DNA of 64,000 bases from Methanobacteriota archaeon (GTDB lineage Archaea; Thermoplasmatota; Thermoplasmata; Methanomassiliicoccales; UBA472), in NCBI GenBank assembly GCA_021372315.1, contig JAJFUT010000065.1, positions 1,508-65,507 on the forward strand, given 5' to 3'. A program made the translations under genes and the position numbers. Under the pieces are notes generated by a model. That model was not told the origin of the DNA. It was given only the letters and a program-made list of their open reading frames with translations, and ran no database searches. Position 1 is the stretch's first letter; each line of letters opens with the position of its first letter. Of the stretch, positions 44,937 through 53,542 are shown piece by piece.

Positions 44937-46031
44937 TCATCTCTTCGGCTGGGGCTTCGACGCCTCCACCTTCGGGGTGAGGACGCCCGAGCGGACGCCG
45001 GTTATGACGACGAGCACGGCGACCTTCCCTGTCATCTGGGGGTCGACGCTGCATCCCCATATGATCCTTGCCCTCGGGTTGACCTTGGTGCTGACCAGTT
45101 CCGCCGCCTTCTCTGCCTCGGTCACGGTCATGTCCGGGCCGCCTATGACCCTGACGAGCGCTCCCTTCGCCTCATGAAGGTCGACCTGGCCGAGCAGCGG
45201 GGACGACATCGCGTCGGAGACGGCCTTATCTACCCTGTCCTCATCGGAATCGCTCTCGCCTAGACCTATCATCGCCAGTCCAGCGTTCTTGGTGATCGTC
45301 ATGATGTCGTTGAAATCGACGTTGACGAGGCCCGGCTTCGTCAGCACCTCGGTGATGCCCTTGATCGCCTGCATGAGCACTTCGTCGGCGACCTTGAACG
45401 CCGCCTCTATCGGGAGCTTCGGGACGATCTCTAGGAGCCTCTCGTTCTGTATGACGATGGTTGTGTCGCACATCTCCTGAAGCCTGTTCAAACCCCTCAT
45501 GGCGTTGTCGTACCTCAGCTTCCCTTCCGCCTTGAACGGCAAGGTGACGACACCGATCACAAGCGCACCGTATCGCTTGGCGAGCTCGGCGACGACAGGC
45601 GCGGAACCGGTTCCAGTGCCCCCGCCCATTCCCGCGGTGACGAAGACGATGTTCGCACCTTCGAGGAACCTCCTCAGCTCGGGCTCCGATTCCTCAGCGG
45701 CCCTCTGGCCCACCTCGGGGATCGCACCGGCCCCTAACCCCTTCGTTGTCGCCTTCCCTAGAAGGACCTTGTTCGGCGCCTGTATTGAAAGCAGGTGCCT
45801 GGCATCGCTGTTGCATGCGACGATCGTGGCGCCGGAGACGCCTGCCTGCGTCAGGCGTCTGACGGTGTTCGAGCCACCGCCGCCGCATCCTATGATCGAG
45901 ATCTTCACTCTCAAGGACTGGACAAGTTTCAGAAGTTCCTCGTCGTCCTCGCTCAGCATCTGCGGTCCGCTCCCGGCGGAGCGCGCCATCTCATTCTCTA
46001 GGTCCTGGTCATCAAATTGGTTCAAGTGCAC
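44937..46031 (-). CDS. ftsZ: cell division protein FtsZ
   Basis: Tubulin signature GMGGGTGTGSAP and IGCGGGGSN. The start could alternatively be Met15 (45989). Confidence 0.95.
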   Translation of the reverse strand: MHLNQFDDQDLENEMARSAGSGPQMLSEDDEELLKLVQSLRVKISIIGCGGGGSNTVRRLTQAGVSGATIVACNSDARHLLSIQAPNKVLLGKATTKGLGAGAIPEVGQRAAEESEPELRRFLEGANIVFVTAGMGGGTGTGSAPVVAELAKRYGALVIGVVTLPFKAEGKLRYDNAMRGLNRLQEMCDTTIVIQNERLLEIVPKLPIEAAFKVADEVLMQAIKGITEVLTKPGLVNVDFNDIMTITKNAGLAMIGLGESDSDEDRVDKAVSDAMSSPLLGQVDLHEAKGALVRVIGGPDMTVTEAEKAAELVSTKVNPRARIIWGCSVDPQMTGKVAVLVVITGVRSGVLTPKVEASKPQPKR

Positions 46032-46111
46032 CCATCCCGAGTTCTATATAAAGATTCCAATATATATCAATTGTTTCAACGACCCCTATCGATATTCGAG
46101 GCCGCTTTCTG

Positions 46112-46834
46112 TCAAGGTCCGACAACATCTATCCTCGCCCCGCATCTGGGGCACCAAGAATCGTCCTTCTCAAGCTCGCATCCGCATTCGGGACAATGGT
46201 CGCCGACGAATGTGCCACACTCGCAGCATCCATCGAGCGCGTCGAACTTGCGTCCGCACTCTGGGCATGTGACCATCTCGCAATCCCTGAACCGCTCCCC
46301 GCAGCTCTTGCATACCATGTCGGTCAAACCGACCCTGCCGCCGCATTCCGGGCAAAGGAAAGAATCGTTGTCCTTGACGAAGATCGCCCCGCATCTGCAC
46401 TCAAGGTCCAACGCGCTTACCCGCTCACCGCAGGATGGGCATTCCAGGTTCTTGTACAACGGGGACGAGCTGCTATCGCCATTGGTCTTCGTCACCGGCT
46501 CGATGTCCTTCTCTTCCCACTTCTTGTTACATATGGGGCAGAACCCCGTTCGGGCTAGGCATACGACGTGATATATCTCCCCGCAGTCGCACTGAGCATA
46601 CTGGAGGCCCACCTTGATGTACCCCATGCACATCGTGCACTTCAGGTTCTTGACCTTCGGCCCGATGACCCTGACGGCCGGCCGCTCGCGGTTCCCTTGA
46701 ACCTTATGGTCCTTCACCCTCAGTTTGGAGGGGGCGATCTTCCTCAGCTTTCCGATAGTCTCTCTGAACCCATCCTTGATCCTCAGGGGGACGGTCTGCA
46801 TGAGGACATGTCTTTTGTCGTTCGTCGAATTCAT
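46112..46834 (-). CDS. multi-zinc-finger protein: basic N-terminus, PHD/RING-like cross-brace finger, four CxxC zinc ribbons
   Basis: C-x2-C-x12-C-x-C-x4-H-x2-C-x6-C-x2-C (CTMCMGY...CDCGEIYHVVCLARTGFCPIC). Followed by CPSCG..CRCG, CPECG..CKSCG, CPECG..CECG and CPECG..CPRCG. Confidence 0.65.
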   Translation of the reverse strand: MNSTNDKRHVLMQTVPLRIKDGFRETIGKLRKIAPSKLRVKDHKVQGNRERPAVRVIGPKVKNLKCTMCMGYIKVGLQYAQCDCGEIYHVVCLARTGFCPICNKKWEEKDIEPVTKTNGDSSSSPLYKNLECPSCGERVSALDLECRCGAIFVKDNDSFLCPECGGRVGLTDMVCKSCGERFRDCEMVTCPECGRKFDALDGCCECGTFVGDHCPECGCELEKDDSWCPRCGARIDVVGP

Positions 46835-47158
46835 TTCGTATCATTTCCAAGAGCGCGGAGAACTCAAGATTTCAAATCTTACTGATTAATGTTTCATCGT
46901 ACGGTGCGTTTCTTGAGGACATCAACGAATCCCATCAGAAGCGTTGTTACATGCATGCTTATCCTTCATAGATTTCTAAGTAAAAAACCGAAACTCATTT
47001 AAACAGAAAGCGATAACGAACATTCGCATGTTCAATGAATCGAACGCCCTCAGGAGTTTCAAAACGTTGAAATATGCTCCGCATCATGAAGGGCAAACTA
47101 CCCTGTCAAATGATAACACATGCAACGGGACGATGTTTCGTTTCAAATCATCTGGGTG

Positions 47159-47166
47159 GTATATAG
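47159..47166 (+). promoter_or_regulatory. putative TATA box of the hdrA-mvhDGA operon
   Basis: GTATATAG ~115 nt upstream of the hdrA ATG. A strong SD (AAGGAGGAG) lies at 47266-47274. Confidence 0.4.
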
Positions 47167-47175
47167 GGGAGACAG

Positions 47176-47188
47176 TGCACAATGTGCA
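47176..47188. promoter_or_regulatory. 13-bp palindrome TGCACA-A-TGTGCA between the TATA box and the expected transcription start (candidate operator)
   Basis: Read directly from the sequence. Position is 10-25 nt downstream of the TATA-like box. Confidence 0.3.
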
Positions 47189-47280
47189 GGCGCAAGGGCC
47201 ATCGCCTCTTTCGGAGAAGAGGATGGGGGTCCTTTCTTTAAGGTAAATAAAGTATCAGATGAAAAGAAGGAGGAGCACGA

Positions 47281-50200
47281 ATGTCGGAAAAGACTGGTTC
47301 CGTTTTGGTGGTAGGAGGAGGCATTGGCGGTGTTCAGACAGCATTGGATCTGGCTGAATCCGGTTTCAAGGTCTACCTAACCGAGAGAAAGCCAAGCATC
47401 GGTGGTGTGATGGCACAGCTGGATAAGACGTTCCCAACGAACGACTGTTCAATGTGCATTTTGTCCCCGAAGCTTGTGGAAGCTGCAAGGCATCCAATGA
47501 TCACGATGATGACGCTCACCGAGGTCATGAGTATTGAAGGTGAGGCTCCAAACTTCACCGTGACCTTAAAGAAGCACCCGAGGTACGTCCGCGAGGACCG
47601 CTGCGTCGGTTGTGGCCTTTGCGCGGAGAAATGCCCGTCAAAGGTCTCGAGCGAGTACGAGGTCGGAATGATGCAGAGGAAGGCGATATTCGTCCCCTAC
47701 GCACAGGCCGTCCCGATGAAGTACTCGATCGACGCGTCCAATTGTCTCTGGCTCACGAAGCAGAGATGCGGGAACTGCAAGAAGGTGTGCCCCGCTGACG
47801 CAATTGATTACGAGCAGAAGGAAGTTATCGAGAAAGTTCACGTTGGCTCCGTCGTTCTGGCTCCAGGGTTCGAACCGTTCGACCCGACGGTCAAGCGCGA
47901 GTACGGATACGGCGAGTTCAAGAACGTCGTGACGTCGCTCGAGTTCGAGAGGATCCTGAGCGCGACTGGCCCGTACCAGGGACATGTCGTAAGGCCGACC
48001 GACCACAAGACCCCGAAGAAGGTCGCGTTCATCCAGTGCGTCGGATCGCGTGACGAGAAGGTCGGAAACCCGTACTGCTCGTCCGTTTGCTGCATGTACG
48101 CTCTGAAGCAGGCGATCATCGCCAAGGAGCACACTGCTGGCTTCGAGCCGCACATATTCTTCATGGACATCAGGGCCTTCGGCAAGGAGTTCGAGGACTA
48201 CCGCGCCAGGGCCGAGAACGAATATGGTATCAAGCTCTACCGCGGAACCCGCGTGGCGTCCGTGGACGAGGACCCGGAATCGAAGAACCTCACCCTGAGG
48301 TACAGCGTCGGCAGCGACGTCTCCGAGCAGGAGTTCGACCTGGTCATCCTGTCCGTCGGCCTCGAGCCGACCAAGTCGGCCAAGGAGATCTCTGACCGCC
48401 TAGGCGTGCAGCTGAATCCATACGGATTCTGCCAGACGACCGTTTACAACCCGCTTGAGACCAACAGGCCCGGCATCTACGTCACCGGCGCCTTCAGCTC
48501 CCCTAAGGACATCCCGACCACGGTCGCGGAGGCCTCTGGAGCAGCTGCGAAGGCAGGGAAGCACGTCTTCGAGAACAGGATCAGCATCGACGATGTCGTC
48601 AAGGAGACCGTCGAGACCGATGTGAAGGGACAGGAGGCGAGGATCGGTGTCTTCGTCTGCGACTGCGGCATCAACATCGCAGCAACTGTCAACGTCCCGT
48701 CCGTCGTCGAGTATGTCAAGACCCTACCGAACGTGGTCTTCGCAGAGGAGAACAAGTACACCTGCTCTGCGGACTCTCAGGAGCTCATAAAGAAGAAGAT
48801 AAAGGAGCACAGCCTGAACCGCGTCGTCGTAGCGTCCTGCACACCGCGTACCCACGAGGCATTGTTCCAGAGCACCATCAAGGAGGCTGGGCTCAACCAG
48901 TTCCTCTTCGAGATGGCGAACATCCGTGACCAGTGCTCTTGGATCCACATGCACGAGCCCGAAAAGGCGACGCAGAAGGCCAAGGACCTCGTCCGCATGG
49001 CGGTCGCGAAGTCGAGATTCCTCGAACCGCTGTCAAAGAGCAGGCTTGGCGTCACACACTCCGCGATCGTCGTAGGCGGAGGATTGGCCGGAATGACCGC
49101 AGCGCTCGACATGGCCGCACAGGACTTCAATGTCGACCTCGTCGAGAGGTCCGACAAGCTTGGCGGACTTGCGCTCAACCTGATGACGCCCGAAGGCGGG
49201 ATCAGCCCGAGCAAGTACATCGCCGACCTCATCGAGAAGGTCAAGGCGGACGATCACATAACGATCCGCCTGAACTCCACCATCGCCGACGTCGCTGGCT
49301 TCGTAGGCAACTACAAGGTCAAGGTCAAGACGCCCGAGGGCGAGAAGGAGATCGAGACCGGAGCGATAGTCGTCGCAACTGGCGGTCAGGAGTACAAGCC
49401 GAAGGAATACATGTACGGGGTCGAGAAGAACGTCGTCACCCAGAACGAACTGGAGGACAAGCTGGCCAATGGAAGGTTCGACAGCAAGAAGGTCGTCATG
49501 ATCCAGTGCGTCGGTTCCAGGAACAAGGACGTTCCGTACTGCAGCCGTGTATGTTGCTCCAAGGCGCTCAAGAACGCCATCGAGATCAAGAAGAAGCACC
49601 CCAAGACCGAGGTGTACGTCTACCACAAGGACATCCGCAGCTACGGGTTCCGCGAGCTCCTCTATAAGGAGGCTGGTGAGCTTGGCGTCAAGTTCATAAG
49701 GTTCCCTGAGGACAAGGACCCCGTCCTGTCGAAGGACGGAGCGGTATTGAAGCTCGTGGCGCACGACCAGATACTCGGTGAGGACATATTGGTCAAGCCA
49801 GACCTGGTAGTGCTCAGCACTGGAACGAGGCCGAACCCGGACAACGAGGAGCTCGCCAAGATGGTGAAGGTCCCGCTGTCGAAGGACGGATACTTCCTCG
49901 AGGCGCACATGAAGCTGCGCCCGGTGGATTTCGCCACCAACGGCGTGTACCTATGCGGTCTCGCCCACTGGCCGAAGTTCATGGACGAGACGATCGCTCA
50001 GGCATCCGGCGCAGCCGCCAGGGCCATGACCATCATCTCTAAGGAGTTCCTCGAGACCCAGGGGATCATCGCGGCCGTCAACGAGGACGTCTGCGACGGA
50101 TGCGGTGTCTGCGAGCCGGTCTGCGAGTACCGCGCCATAACCATAGTTGGCTCGGACTCGAACGACCCGTCCAAGCTCAAGGCCGTCGTCAACGAGGGTC

Positions 50201-50322
50201 TGTGCATGGGATGCGGCACCTGCGTCGCAGCCTGCCCGTCCGGTGCCTTGGAGCAGAAGGGCTTCAAGACATCTCAGATACTGGCTCAGATCGACTCGGC
50301 GCTCGAAGGGGGTGCTAAGTGA
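47281..50322 (+). CDS. hdrA: heterodisulfide reductase subunit A-like flavoprotein, 1013 aa, with two HdrA-type FAD cores
   Basis: First core: VVGGGIGGVQTALDLA, DKTFPTNDCSMCIL, inserted ferredoxin CVGCGLCAEKCP/CGNCKKVCP, and FIQCVGSRD..YCSSVCC. Next comes the HdrA N-terminal-domain motif GVFVCDCGINIA...ANIRDQCSWIH. Second core: VVGGGLAGMTAALD and MIQCVGSRN..YCSRVCC. C-terminal 2x[4Fe-4S] ferredoxin: CDGCGVCEPVCE/CMGCGTCVAACP. Confidence 0.9.
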   Translation: MSEKTGSVLVVGGGIGGVQTALDLAESGFKVYLTERKPSIGGVMAQLDKTFPTNDCSMCILSPKLVEAARHPMITMMTLTEVMSIEGEAPNFTVTLKKHPRYVREDRCVGCGLCAEKCPSKVSSEYEVGMMQRKAIFVPYAQAVPMKYSIDASNCLWLTKQRCGNCKKVCPADAIDYEQKEVIEKVHVGSVVLAPGFEPFDPTVKREYGYGEFKNVVTSLEFERILSATGPYQGHVVRPTDHKTPKKVAFIQCVGSRDEKVGNPYCSSVCCMYALKQAIIAKEHTAGFEPHIFFMDIRAFGKEFEDYRARAENEYGIKLYRGTRVASVDEDPESKNLTLRYSVGSDVSEQEFDLVILSVGLEPTKSAKEISDRLGVQLNPYGFCQTTVYNPLETNRPGIYVTGAFSSPKDIPTTVAEASGAAAKAGKHVFENRISIDDVVKETVETDVKGQEARIGVFVCDCGINIAATVNVPSVVEYVKTLPNVVFAEENKYTCSADSQELIKKKIKEHSLNRVVVASCTPRTHEALFQSTIKEAGLNQFLFEMANIRDQCSWIHMHEPEKATQKAKDLVRMAVAKSRFLEPLSKSRLGVTHSAIVVGGGLAGMTAALDMAAQDFNVDLVERSDKLGGLALNLMTPEGGISPSKYIADLIEKVKADDHITIRLNSTIADVAGFVGNYKVKVKTPEGEKEIETGAIVVATGGQEYKPKEYMYGVEKNVVTQNELEDKLANGRFDSKKVVMIQCVGSRNKDVPYCSRVCCSKALKNAIEIKKKHPKTEVYVYHKDIRSYGFRELLYKEAGELGVKFIRFPEDKDPVLSKDGAVLKLVAHDQILGEDILVKPDLVVLSTGTRPNPDNEELAKMVKVPLSKDGYFLEAHMKLRPVDFATNGVYLCGLAHWPKFMDETIAQASGAAARAMTIISKEFLETQGIIAAVNEDVCDGCGVCEPVCEYRAITIVGSDSNDPSKLKAVVNEGLCMGCGTCVAACPSGALEQKGFKTSQILAQIDSALEGGAK

Positions 50323-50780
50323 TGTCCAGCGATCAGGCTGTTCATGCTGAGCCCAAGGCCGCGGAATCCGGCGAGTTTGAGCCGAAGCTTATCGTCTTCT
50401 GCTGCAACTGGTGCTCGTACGCGGGCGCCGACCTCGCTGGGGTCAGCAGGCTTCAGATGCCGACGAACTTCCGTGTAATTCGGACGATGTGCTCCGCGCG
50501 TGTGGACCCCGAGTTCGTGCTGCGCGCATTCGCCAACGGGGCGGACGGCGTGCTCATCCTCGGATGCCACCCTGCGGACTGCCACTACATCGGGGGCAAC
50601 TACCGTACCCGCAGGAGGATCGCACTTCTGCGCGTGCTGCTCGAGCAGTACGGATTCAACCCTGACAGGTTGAGGCTAGAGTGGGTTTCCGCCTCTGAGG
50701 GACAGAAGTTCCAAAAGACCATCAAGGAATTCAACGAAGTCGTGAAGGAGATGGGTCCGAACCCGATCAATGATGAGTAA
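50322..50780 (+). CDS. mvhD: F420-non-reducing hydrogenase iron-sulfur subunit D (MvhD)
   Basis: KLIVFCCNWCSYAGADLAG and GCHPADCHY motifs. The ATG overlaps the hdrA TGA (alternative GTG at 50319). Confidence 0.9.
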   Translation: MSSDQAVHAEPKAAESGEFEPKLIVFCCNWCSYAGADLAGVSRLQMPTNFRVIRTMCSARVDPEFVLRAFANGADGVLILGCHPADCHYIGGNYRTRRRIALLRVLLEQYGFNPDRLRLEWVSASEGQKFQKTIKEFNEVVKEMGPNPINDE

Positions 50781-50792
50781 AGAGGTGGAAAC

Positions 50793-51809
50793 ATGACAGA
50801 CAAGATTAACATAGCCATCTACTGGGGAGCCGGTTGCGGAGGATGCGACGTCGCTCTTCTCGACATCGACGAGAAGATCCTGGGGCTTGGCGAAATGGCG
50901 AACATAGTGTTCTGGCCGATCGCCGTCGACGGTAAGACAAAGGACGTCGAGGCGATGCCAGACAAGTCGATCGTTGCCACGCTTTACAACGGGGCAATAA
51001 GGAACAGCGAGAACGAGCACATGGCCAAGCTGCTTCGTCAGAAGTCCTTGCTGATGGTCTCGTTCGGGTCCTGCGCATGCTACGGTGGCATACCAGGTCT
51101 CGGCAACGTCACGAACAGGAAGGGGATAATGGACCTAGTTTACACGCAGCTACCCACCTCGGACAACGTCGAGAAGGTGTTCCCGCAGATCATCACGCAC
51201 ACGAAGGACGGAGAGATCGACCTGCCGGAGATGTATGACACGGTCAAGACGCTCGACCAGTGCATCGATGTCGACTACTACATGCCTGGATGCCCCCCGA
51301 CCACGAACCTGATCAATGAATTCCTAGGGGTCGTAGAGAAGCACGTCAAGGAAGGTGCGCCGCTGCCCCCGAAGGGAGCGATGATCGCATCCAACAAGAC
51401 GCTCTGCGATGAGTGCAAGCGCAAGAAGAGCGTGAAGAAGCTGGACCACATCTACTCGCCGCACGAGATCGCCATCGACCAGGAGAAGTGCATGCTGGAA
51501 CAGGGCATCATCTGCCTCGGCTCCTCTACCAGGGCCGGCTGCGGTGCGAAGTGCCTCGAAGGCAACCAGCCCTGCCGCGGATGCATGGGCCCGACCGCAG
51601 AGGTATTGGACCAGGGCGGAAGTATGCTGTCCGCGTTGGCGTCCGTCCTCAAGGTGGATGACAAGGAAGCTCTCCTCAACGAGAACGACATCGCCGAGCT
51701 GATGGCGCAGGTGAAGGACCCGCTGGGAACCTTCTACTGCTACACGTTGCCGAAGTCTATCATCAAGAGGAAGGTAACCGAAAGGAAACCGTTCAAGAAG
51801 GAGGCGTAA
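50793..51809 (+). CDS. mvhG: F420-non-reducing [NiFe] hydrogenase small subunit (MvhG)
   Basis: N-terminal YWGAGCGGCDVALLD and FGSCACYGGIPG cluster motifs. No Tat signal. Confidence 0.9.
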   Translation: MTDKINIAIYWGAGCGGCDVALLDIDEKILGLGEMANIVFWPIAVDGKTKDVEAMPDKSIVATLYNGAIRNSENEHMAKLLRQKSLLMVSFGSCACYGGIPGLGNVTNRKGIMDLVYTQLPTSDNVEKVFPQIITHTKDGEIDLPEMYDTVKTLDQCIDVDYYMPGCPPTTNLINEFLGVVEKHVKEGAPLPPKGAMIASNKTLCDECKRKKSVKKLDHIYSPHEIAIDQEKCMLEQGIICLGSSTRAGCGAKCLEGNQPCRGCMGPTAEVLDQGGSMLSALASVLKVDDKEALLNENDIAELMAQVKDPLGTFYCYTLPKSIIKRKVTERKPFKKEA

Positions 51810-51811
51810 AT

Positions 51812-53323
51812 ATGTCCCCAATTATTACAGACGAGCACACCAAGTCAACCTCCAAGCGCATAACGATCGACCCGATCACCCGCTTGGAAGGACATGGAAA
51901 GATCGAGATATTCCTGGACGATTCCGGAAATGTCTCGAACGCCTACTGGCAGGTGCCGGAGCTTCGCGGATTCGAGAAGTTCTGCATCGGAAGGTCCGTA
52001 GAGGACCTGAACAAGATCACGTCGCGTCTATGCGGTGTTTGCCCGGGAGCGCACCATCTTTGCTCCACGAAGGCATTGGACGGTGTCTACAACGCCACCC
52101 CGCCACCGACCGCGGTCAAGCTCCGTGAGCTGTTCTACTCTGCGCACTACATCCACAGCCACATAGCGCACTTCTATGCGCTTGCGGCAGCGGACTTCGT
52201 ATGCGGACCGGCAGCCCCGGCGGCAGAGAGGAACATCCTCGGTGTCGTCGCAGCGGTCGGAGTCCCGGTCGGATCTGAGGTCATCAAGCACCGTTCCTAC
52301 GCCCAGAAGGTTCAGGAGATCATCGGTGGAAAGGCAACGCACCCCGTATGTGGTCTGCCTGGCGGAATGGCCAAGCCGATCACCGAGGACGACCGCAAGA
52401 AGATCGAGGCCATGGCAAAGTCCTGCGTCGAGTTCTCTAAGTTCACGCAGCAGGTCTTCGCCGACGTCGTGCTGAAGAACAAGACATACCTGGACCTCAT
52501 TCTGAACAAGGACATATTCTACCAGGAGGTCTACAACCTCGGCACCGTCGACAAGAACGGAATGATCAACTTCTACGACGGCGAGCAGGTCATGATCGAC
52601 CCCGACGGCAAGGAAGTGGCCAGGTACACCGGCAAGCAGTATCTCGACAACATCGTCGAGCACGTCCTGCCGTGGTCCTACGAGAAGTTCTGTTACTTCA
52701 AGAAGGTCGGCTGGAAAGGACTCCAGGGCGGAAGGGACTCCGGTATCTACCGTGCGACCCCGCTCGCCCGCCTGAACGTCGCGAAGGGTTTCACGACCCC
52801 GCTGGCGCAGGCCGAGTTCGAAAAGTACAAGGGAACGTTCCGCGACCTCGGTGTGAAGGGGCCCATCCACTTCACCCTCGCGACCCACTGGGCGCGTGTG
52901 ATCGAGATGCTCTATGCGTCCGAGAAGATGCTCGAGCTCGCACAGGACCCTGAGATCACCGACACGAACATCCGCGGCAAGCTAGACACGCCCGGAGAGG
53001 GGGTCGGTATCCTCGAGGCCCCGCGTGGGACCCTCGTGCACCACTACAAGGCCGACGAGAATGGCATAACCACCTTCGTCAACCTCGTGGTCGGAACGAC
53101 CAACAATAACGCCCCGATCAACCTGGACGTCTCGAAGGCCGCCAAGGCATTGATCAAGAACTGGGAAGTGTCCTCAGGGCTGCTCAACATGGTCGAGATG
53201 GCATACCGTGCCTACGACCCGTGCAACTCCTGCGCGACGCACACCCTGCCTGGTCAGATGCCGATGAAGGCCGTCATCAGGCGCCCCGACGGGTCTGTGT
53301 ACAAGGTACTGCAGAACTACTAA
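51812..53323 (+). CDS. mvhA: F420-non-reducing [NiFe] hydrogenase large subunit (MvhA)
   Basis: N-terminal Ni-binding RLCGVCPGAHH and C-terminal DPCNSCATH motifs, with a C-terminal extension after the His. Confidence 0.95.
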   Translation: MSPIITDEHTKSTSKRITIDPITRLEGHGKIEIFLDDSGNVSNAYWQVPELRGFEKFCIGRSVEDLNKITSRLCGVCPGAHHLCSTKALDGVYNATPPPTAVKLRELFYSAHYIHSHIAHFYALAAADFVCGPAAPAAERNILGVVAAVGVPVGSEVIKHRSYAQKVQEIIGGKATHPVCGLPGGMAKPITEDDRKKIEAMAKSCVEFSKFTQQVFADVVLKNKTYLDLILNKDIFYQEVYNLGTVDKNGMINFYDGEQVMIDPDGKEVARYTGKQYLDNIVEHVLPWSYEKFCYFKKVGWKGLQGGRDSGIYRATPLARLNVAKGFTTPLAQAEFEKYKGTFRDLGVKGPIHFTLATHWARVIEMLYASEKMLELAQDPEITDTNIRGKLDTPGEGVGILEAPRGTLVHHYKADENGITTFVNLVVGTTNNNAPINLDVSKAAKALIKNWEVSSGLLNMVEMAYRAYDPCNSCATHTLPGQMPMKAVIRRPDGSVYKVLQNY

Positions 53324-53347
53324 ACCCATTATCCAAATCTCTTTCAA

Positions 53348-53362
53348 TTTTTCATTTTTTTT
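53348..53362 (+). terminator. oligo-T transcription terminator after mvhA
   Basis: TTTTTCATTTTTTTT (T5 and T8 runs) 25-40 nt after the mvhA stop, which is the typical archaeal terminator signal. Confidence 0.5.
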
Positions 53363-53542
53363 CTGGCAGCTCACGCTCCGATGTCCTTCCATAGGTCAAG
53401 GGCGGTCGTTTGAGAACTTCGCATCGGGGCATCGTCGAACTGACAATATTTTCTACTATCATAACGATTCAGCGCCGCCCAGGGAGTGAACCACATCGTC
53501 ATGGGCGGAGCGAATATCATCAACTAATGGAACGTGATCCAA

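Noticed and set aside
47028-47246. 72-codon plus-strand ORF (and the overlapping 64-codon ORF at 47120-47314) in the AT-rich region upstream of hdrA
   Set aside because: - Its GC content is low relative to all confident genes here.
- It has no SD and no motif.
- It overlaps the predicted hdrA promoter and 5' UTR.
- The region is more plausibly regulatory or non-coding.
46835-47280. AT-rich region with inverted repeats considered as a replication origin
   Set aside because: - No orc1/cdc6 gene is adjacent.
- The repeats are short (6-7 bp arms), not the ~20-35 bp ORB elements with G-strings typical of archaeal origins.
- The location between two promoters explains the AT-richness.
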